A DNA stretch of 63,900 nucleotides, counting the filler, from Reclinomonas americana ATCC 50394 (lineage: Eukaryota): the NCBI GenBank assembly GCA_048213135.1. It is 18 parts of 18 records of this genome, joined end to end, with 100 filler letters (N's around TTAATTAATTAA, not from the genome) between each part and the next. Parts side by side here need not be neighbours in the genome. Positions count along the whole stretch, not along the records: positions 54,931 to 57,427 come from AFZH01020884.1; positions 57,528 to 59,042 come from AFZH01020886.1; positions 59,143 to 60,584 come from AFZH01020887.1; positions 60,685 to 63,900 come from AFZH01020888.1; 14 more parts are not named here. One strand, written 5' to 3'. Below are positions 55,657-63,900 of this stretch, piece by piece. The notes beneath the pieces are model-generated. The model did not search any database and was not told the DNA's origin. It saw only the letters and a list, made by a program, of their open reading frames with translations. How positions within the stretch are numbered: the first letter of the stretch is position 1; the number at the start of each line of letters is the position of its first letter. The position numbers and the translations under genes are program-made.

Positions 55657-56239
55657 TTAGAAACCACCACCACCCCCACCAACACCAGTCGGCGTGCTCG
55701 CCGGCGCATCACCACCCTGCTGGTTCTTCTCGCCCTTCTTTCCCTTCTTACCGCCCTTCTTTTTGCCACGAACGGCACCGGCGGCGACGAGGGCGTTGAA
55801 GAATTCTTCCAGCTTTTGTGGCGTCTCCGCCGTGATGAACCACTTGTCGGTGTTGTCCTTGGTCTTCTTCTTCCGGCCGCGCTGGCTGAATGTGATGTGC
55901 TCCATGATGCCGGTTTTGCCGCCCTCGATGGTGGTCTCTTGCAATTTGGTCACTGCGGGGAGAGGGAAAGGGTGGGGGAGGGGAAAGGGTGGGGAGAGGG
56001 AAAAGGTGGGGGGAGGGAAAGGGTGGGGGGAAGGGAAAGGGTGGGGGAGGGGAAACGGTGGGGAGAGGGAAAGAGTGGGGGGAGGGCAAAGGTGGGGGGA
56101 GGGGGAAGGGTGGGGAGAGGAGGTGGAGGAGAGGGGGAAGGGTGGAGGAAGGGAAAGGGTGGGGGAAGGGCAAGGGTGGGGGGAGGGGGAAGGGTGGGGA
56201 GAGGAGGTGGAGGAGGGGGCAGAGTGTGAGAGAGTGTGT

Positions 56240-56272
<33 letters not shown>

Positions 56273-56801
56273 CGAGAGAGAAAAAGAGAGAAAGAGAGAG
56301 AGAGCAACCAAGTAGAGAGAGAGAGAGGAGGGCGGTAGAGTGACGTAGACCGGCAGATCATGATCATGCCGCAGGAGACGCACCGTAAGACGTGCGAGCG
56401 CCACGATTCACCGGCCCATCGCCCTTGATGATGAATTTGCCGTTAATGCTGTCGAGTGGCGTGTCATTCGCATCGGCCTCGGCGGCAGTCCACTTTTCGG
56501 TGCTCCACCTGAGCGACGCAAGCGTGAGAGAAATGCCAACCGACAATGAGCGCCGTCTCTTACGCCCACCAGCTCAGATAGTTGACGCCGTCCTTGTCGG
56601 AGATTGCAAACACCTTCTCCGACTGGATCGGTCGGGGCGAGTTCATTTGTCGCGTCTTGAGCGTGGCAGAGAACTTGACGTTGGCCAGCTTGCTGGCCTC
56701 GGCGAGGGACAAGTCTGTTGCGTGGAATGAGAGAAGGAGGGAAGAGGGGGAGAAGGGGGAGAGAAACGCACCTGCTGTCTCCTCATCGAAGAAGCCTTGG
56801 T
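55657..56801 (-). CDS. PH-domain-like protein, 5' end unresolved
   Basis: KVFAISDKDGVNYLSW|WST..PLDSI..KWFITAETPQKLEEFFNAL; three GT-AG introns keep frame. Confidence 0.55.
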
Positions 56802-57047
56802 CTGCGATGAAGTAAGTCGCTTGTCAGTGCATGCAAGTGTGTGCGTGTATCTGCGTGAATCGCTCTCTCTCTCTCTCTCTCTCTCACTCTCTTTCTCTCA
56901 GTTCATGTGCGTTCTCTCTCTCTCTCTCACGCACTGTCTCACTCACTCATTCTGTCTCTGCGTTGTGAGTGGCATCGTGAAGATGAGCAGCGCGAATGGC
57001 AGCAATAAGAGAGCCCGGAACTCAACGCGTCTTGCAGTGCGCGTGCT

Positions 57048-57102
<55 letters not shown>

Positions 57103-57615
57103 CCATTCATCTCTCTGCATCTATCTCTCTTGGATGCCTGTGTGTATCCCCTGTCCGTGGTTTGTCTCTCTGCCTGCATGCACTCTTGCTCTCTTTCTAT
57201 CTCTCTCTCTCTCTTCTCTCTGTGTCTGCTCTCTTCTCTCTGTCTGCTCTCTTCTGTCTCTTCTCTCTCTTTCTATCTCTCACTCTTCTCTCTGTGACTG
57301 ATCTCTTCTCCTTTTGCTCCCACTCCCTCCACCTCTCCCTTCTGTGTATTTGTGTGTGTGTGTGTGTGCCTGTCTGCCCCGCTTGATTTTGCTCTACATC
57401 CCTCTCTTCTCGTCTCTCTCTCTCTCTNNNNNNNNNNNNNNNNNNNNNNNNNNNNNNNNNNNNNNNNNNNNTTAATTAATTAANNNNNNNNNNNNNNNNN
57501 NNNNNNNNNNNNNNNNNNNNNNNNNNNTACGTACGTACGTACGTACGTACGTACGTACGTACGTACGGTAGTACGTACGGTACGACGACGTACGTAAGGG
57601 TAACGTAGTAGAGAG

Positions 57616-57667
<52 letters not shown>

Positions 57668-59618
57668 AAGAGAAAGAGAGGGAGAGATGCAACAGGGAAG
57701 AGCTGGAAGAGTGTTGTGAAAGATGTGCATGTGCTCGCGAGAGTATGTGTGTAAAACGAGAAAGGGTGTGCGTGTGAGAGAGAGGGAGATGAATGACAGA
57801 GTTGGAAGAGGTGGAAGGTAAGAGTGTTGCGCAAGAGACTGCGTGCGCTGTGAAAATGTGCACGTGTGTGCATGTGTGTGTCAGAGAGAGAGAGGAAGTA
57901 AGAGAGTATGTGAGCTGTGTGTGAGAGAGAGAGAGTGAGAGAGAGGGGGAAGTAAGAGAGCGAGTGGCCTGTGCAAGGCATGAGTGCATGCGCGATAGAG
58001 AGTTCACGTGTGTCTCAAAGTGTGTGTGTGTGTTTGTGTGTGTGAGAGAGAGAGTGAGAGTGCGCATGTGCGTGAAGGCGAGAGAGAGAGCGAGAGAATG
58101 AGAGAGATGTGTTTGTATTTCTTGCGCTCTCACGCGCTCTCTCTCTCTCTCTTTCTCTTCTTCCCCACTTGCGCACACTCTTGCACACTCGTCTGCACCG
58201 CGAAACTCACCACTGCACTCTCTTGCAAACACTTGAGAACGACGTGTCCCGGACATCATGCAAACTTCACACTACATACACTCACGCGTAGCGAGAGAGA
58301 GAGAGAGAGAGAGATCGACAAGACTCGCCTGCGTGTGCTCTCTCTTCATTTTCCCTCCATGCTCTCTCTCTCTCTCTCTCTTGCGAAATCACGTCTCGAA
58401 GTTCGCAATGCACGTCTGCAAACAAGACGACGCACGATCGATGCACGGCGCAACAGCGACAATAAGAGGTCAAGTTGCCTCACGCAGGCTGTAGCACGTC
58501 TACTCGCCTCAACGCGGGCTTCGATCGCTAGCTGCATGAAACACGACGAATTCGATCGCGACCGCTGAGCTCCTGCAAGCCAGCACAGCGCACGAGACCA
58601 ACACAACCGCAGCGCTCCTCCACCTTTCCTATTACCCTCCTATTCTCCTCTACTCCTCAGCGACGACTGCTGCGACGTTCGCGGATCTTGCCAAAGAAAC
58701 GAATTTGGCATGCACATGCAATCACTAAACGCAGCTGTCTCATCCGCTCACCTCTCCCCACACACACACAGACAAGAGAATCCGCCCTCCACACTCAGCA
58801 CTTTGCCCGAGCACACTTGTGTTGTCCGGTTTCATTTTTTCCGCAACATCGTTCTCTCCCCCAACGTGGAGCGCGCGAAAAGCATCTCCCTTCCTCGCCA
58901 CCATACACATACACACACACGCTCGCGCACACACCAGTGAGAATCAATTCACGATGTGCACAGAATCTCATGCAAACCACACACGCGACTGTTGCATTTT
59001 TTCACTCTTTGTTGTTACACCACGCCACCACGCCACCACACTNNNNNNNNNNNNNNNNNNNNNNNNNNNNNNNNNNNNNNNNNNNNTTAATTAATTAANN
59101 NNNNNNNNNNNNNNNNNNNNNNNNNNNNNNNNNNNNNNNNNNAGGGGAGGAGGAAGGAGTGGAGGGGGGGAGAGAGAGAGAGAAGAGGAAGGCGCAACAG
59201 CGCAATCTGTCTGAAAGATAAAATCGTCCTGCATGCGTTTTGTCACATCGACGTCGTCTGTTATTTAAGCATGCAGTCGAGTTTGTGCGATCGCTTGTCT
59301 TGTAGTCGCGCGTGCAATAACAGATCTCAACTTTGCGGATAAAAAATCGATGCAGGAAGACCCTCCACTGCATGGCGTTGCTTGCTTCGAATTCACGGAT
59401 CCGGACGTCGACCCGGCTTTGCTTTGCTTGCCTGCCTATGACCTTCTCCCGGATTGGATGTGCCGTGTACGATCGCAGGAAGCGCTATGCGTCTTTTCAA
59501 TGCGTCAAATCCACTGGTCAACCACGCTTATGCGGTTTGAAGATCGATATCGCTGTTCCCGACATGTTCAGAGCTCAAATGCATCAAGACCTCGCCGCTG
59601 CCCACAACACTACTGATT

Positions 59619-59676
59619 TGTGTTGATGCTTTGGGTATGGTTGGACTTGGTCATCAAGGCAGCTGTTGCTTGTTTG
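59619..59676. repeat. Diverged copy of the 251-303 segment of the palindromic element
   Basis: TGTGTTGATGCTTTGGGTATGGTTGGACTTGGTCATCAAGGCAGCTGTTGCTTG vs TGTGTTGATGTGTTGGATATGGTTGAACTTGGTCATCAAGACAGCTGTTGCTTG. Confidence 0.85.
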
Positions 59677-59954
59677 TTGTTGTTAGCAACTGATATTGAA
59701 CAAACACACCTGTCACGAGAGAGAGAAATATATATCGCTTCAATCGACATCACCACATTCCAACAATGCAACAATCGTCCCAAATCCCCTCGCCGACAAA
59801 CCACCAATGTAAAAAAACACACAGGTTCTCTTTTCCAAACTCAGGAGGCATAGAATGATCATGATATCAAATAAGTAAAAGGCACAGCGAGGCAACATGC
59901 AGCTGAGAGTCATTGTCGTCTCCACCACGGTCTGGTCACACGCATGTGCTCACT

Positions 59955-60789
<835 letters not shown>

Positions 60790-60953
60790 GTTTCGCTGTA
60801 CGACCTGTCTTCGAGATGTTCGGTGAGGACGGCGAAGTCAACGTTGACGGTGGTTTAACAGACTGCCAACACAGCTGTTAGTGAAGGAAAAGCGCTTCGA
60901 GAAAGGCCTCCAAGATACTTCATTCATCGTCACCCGACCCTTCCTCCTCCTCC

Positions 60954-63520
60954 TCACATGCATCTGTCATCATCGTCATCATCGCTGTCACTGGCATCAT
61001 CGCCGTCGCTGCTGCTGTCGTCGCTGTTTTCGTATTCATCATACCCATTGGTCTTCTTCCACCACCGAGACAGTGGAACAAACAACACAATGTGCATCCA
61101 CACGTCGGACGGCAGCACCACGCCCACACTCCTCCGCAGCTTGTCGGCCAACAGCACGTGGTAGATTTCGTACAGCAGCACCCGATGCAGGGTCGTACAC
61201 GACAAGCCACGCAAGACGCCGCCGGGAGCCAGCATTCGCACCAGCGGCGACTCGGATCGGCTGCACAGATCGATTATTCGACGGTACGTGCGATCGAGGT
61301 CGCCAAACACGAGCGCATCAATGAGGCGGCGAAGCACGTCGACGGACGGCGCCGAGTTGTGTTGTTGCGGAGGAGCAATGGCGCAACTGAGTTGCACCAG
61401 TGGAAACGGCAGCGATCGATCGAGCATGCGCTCGCTGGAGGCGAGAGCTCGCTCACACTGATCGGCCCATTCGGCCACCGTGTACCCCACTGGCGACAGA
61501 TAGAACCGGCTCCTGTTGATCGAGGACTGCAACGCAACACGTCACTGAGTCGATACATCACAGAAGAGGTGCATGAGCGAGAGAAGGATAGATACGCACC
61601 GTCTGTGGTCGAAAACCGGCCAGGCATAGCACGGCGAGCGTGTCTTGCGATCGACCAGTGAGAAGGAGTCGACCATACCCCTCTCGATATCCATTCGCCT
61701 CGGCCACGCCTTCACCGTCATCTATATCCAACTTGACGTCTTCGTGTAAGCTGGTGATAGTCGCACTCATGGCTTGGCGAAGCGCAGCACTGCCAGTTAG
61801 TAGGCCGACGAATGGCAGCGCCAACAAGGTGCGCAACCGCCGTGACGAGTTGAGCATCCAGCTGACGGCCTGCTCCAATACTTGTGGCCACTGACCTCGA
61901 CTTTCCGCCTCGACGTACACTGACGCAGCAGCAGCAGCCAGCGGGGCCGTTTCGTCATCTGGGCAGTGCACAAGACACTCGACGAGCTCTTCCGTAGTCA
62001 CATGCGGCCGGTAACGTTCGTGCTCAAGGAGAAATCTCGTGAGCAAATGTCGATTTTTCTGTCCGTACCGATCGCGCTTGCGCACTAAGTAGCGCACCAC
62101 GTCGTGCGCTTCAGGAAACGCTGCCACAAACCGTGGACCGTCAAGGAAAGCCCATAACACGTCAGCGCACGCAATCTGGCCGACTACTCCCTCCAAGAAC
62201 GCGCACGTCTCGTTAGGGCGGCGCACGCTGTCCACCTCCAGCAGCATCCGCAGAAGCGCAACGTTGTTCGTCATTGTCATCGCTTCCAACGGTGATTTGC
62301 CCCGAAAACGGTCAACATTGGTCCCCTTCCGCACAGTGAGACCAACCACGTGCTCCAAGGCGTCCGCGACCGGGTACTCGTCACTGTAATAGCACTGCGA
62401 GTACGCGCGTACGTCCACCTTGTCACATGCTAGCAGCAGCGACACCACGTCCAAGTGGCCCCTTACACACGCCAACTGCAATGCCGCATTATTTGGCTGT
62501 GACGGGTTTACCCGTTGATCAGCCAACAACGCGGCCACCACCTCCTTGTGTCCGTGGAACGCTGCCTGTCGCAATGCCCAGTTGCCACCAAATGTGGGGT
62601 CAGCAACACCCTCACACAACAGCTCCTGCACAGATTCCACGTTGCCAGCGGTGGCCGCCACTTCCAACCGAACAGAAGCCTCCAGTGTGCCGAAAGCGCA
62701 CGTTTTACGGAGATCGGCGAGGATCGCCGTCTTGCCGGCGAGCACACAGTGTCGCACGCAGGCAGCCAACTGCAGCTGTCGATAACCATAACAATATATA
62801 GACATCCTGCTGAAGACATGAACAGCGCGGCCGTCGGATATGGAGACAGCAGTGCGCAGTCCTACACCGAGCTGCACATCTTCCATAGGCGTCTCGTGCC
62901 GAGTAACACAACCACGCTCCAGCACCAAGTCCCACAGCAGGGGAAACCGACCGGTGACCACCGCGGCAACAAGCCACCACTTGAAGAACGAGAACAGCTT
63001 GATGATACGCCAGCGCGGCAGCTTGCGAAAGAGATACGCCACCGATGCCTCTGGTGCCAGCCAGACGCAGTGAGCGATCTCGTTCATGTGAATCAACAGC
63101 TCATTCGAATGCCGCGAAGGGCGCGGCCTTGGAATCAGTGCAACCATCTCCTTGACGCGCCCGCACACAGCGTGCATCACAAAAGGCGAAGCAGGTGCCG
63201 ATTTGAGGTCGTGATGAATCTCTCGGTGGCTAAAGCAGGTAATCTGAGGGTGACGACACACAACAGTGTGTTTACCAAAACGCGAAGACATATGTACACA
63301 CGAGCAGACAACATACCCGCGTCTGCATGACTGGCGCTCGAGTGGGTCGAATTCCAGCGTCCCGGCACAAGGCAGCATACACACTCCACGCCGCCTGCTC
63401 AAACGCCTTGCCATCGACCTCCACAAGTACATTGGCGCACGTCTGGCGAATCCGGCGAGCTTGCTCAAGAAGCTCTTCGTATACCGTGGTGGGTGACAAG
63501 GTTGATGATGCGCTTGCCAT
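60954..63520 (-). CDS. Ankyrin-repeat protein with C-terminal F-box-like motif, copy 2 (complete)
   Basis: join(63520-63317, 63243-61600, 61526-60954); ADPTFGGNWALRQAAFHGHKEVVAALLADQRVNPSQPNNAALQLACVRGHLDVVSLLL; C-terminal LPSDVWMHIVLF. Confidence 0.85.
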
Positions 63521-63707
63521 TGAATGCGTGGTCGACAGTCGAACGAATGCGTGTGCGAGTGACATGACACGGGACTCAGGGAGCCAAGCGTCGACGTTTC
63601 CTCCATGAACCTACGGAACCCACTGTATGAGCTGTTCGCGAAAGAAGAAAGCCTCAGCTTGCCGTCGCTGTTTAGTTCTTGGGAACACAGATACAATACA
63701 CGGCGCT

Positions 63708-63900
63708 TCATTCTTTCACATCGTCTCCACGAGCACGCTCCCACCGGCGTGGCAGCGGCACAAACTGCACAACGTGCATCCACAAGTCAGACGGCAGCAC
63801 CACCCGCACACTCGTCTTCAGCTTGTCGGCCAATAGCACGTGGTAGATCTCGTACAGCAGCACTCGATGCAGAGTTGTGCACGACAGCGCGCGTAAGACG
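63708..63900 (-). CDS. Ankyrin/F-box-like family, copy 3, 3' end only
   Basis: LSCTTLHRVLLYEIYHVLLADKLKTSVRVVLPSDLWMHVVQF, TGA at 63708-63710. Confidence 0.85.
   Translation of the reverse strand, partial: VLRALSCTTLHRVLLYEIYHVLLADKLKTSVRVVLPSDLWMHVVQFVPLPRRWERARGDDVKE

Noticed and set aside
61558..63783. 741-aa single-exon ORF as listed in the track
   Set aside because: Its 5' part overlaps the neighbouring paralogue's 3' end and exon 1 out of frame; homology with copy 1 places the start at 63520 with two introns.

Overview
Eukaryotic, intron-rich, GC-rich genomic scaffold, most likely from a protist; a FAM194/C3orf20-like gene hints at a flagellate. It is 18 contigs joined by 17 artificial 100-nt gaps (N-run + TTAATTAATTAA + N-run). 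Several genes run across the gaps in the correct order, so the scaffolding looks real. About 24 spliced genes could be assembled by hand: a kinase fragment, METTL16, a TPR protein, a membrane-anchored TTL-like ligase, APC10, an F-BAR/SH3 protein, an NHL/cadherin/PAN adhesin, ArfGAP-C2, a receptor-like RBR E3 ligase, an atypical Ras-like GTPase, mL53, a beta-lactamase-family hydrolase and a tandem ankyrin/F-box-like family, among others. The genetic code looks standard. The main discovery is a second, abundant class of 5' splice site. About 34 of ~120 hand-annotated introns start with GTT-N-(C/A)-G-(T), mostly GTTGCGT, which is the normal donor motif displaced by one inserted T. These donors occur almost only when the last exon base is not G, whereas ordinary donors mostly follow G. 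Reading-frame evidence shows that cleavage is still at the GT. All gene models are manual and lack RNA support, and the counts are approximate.
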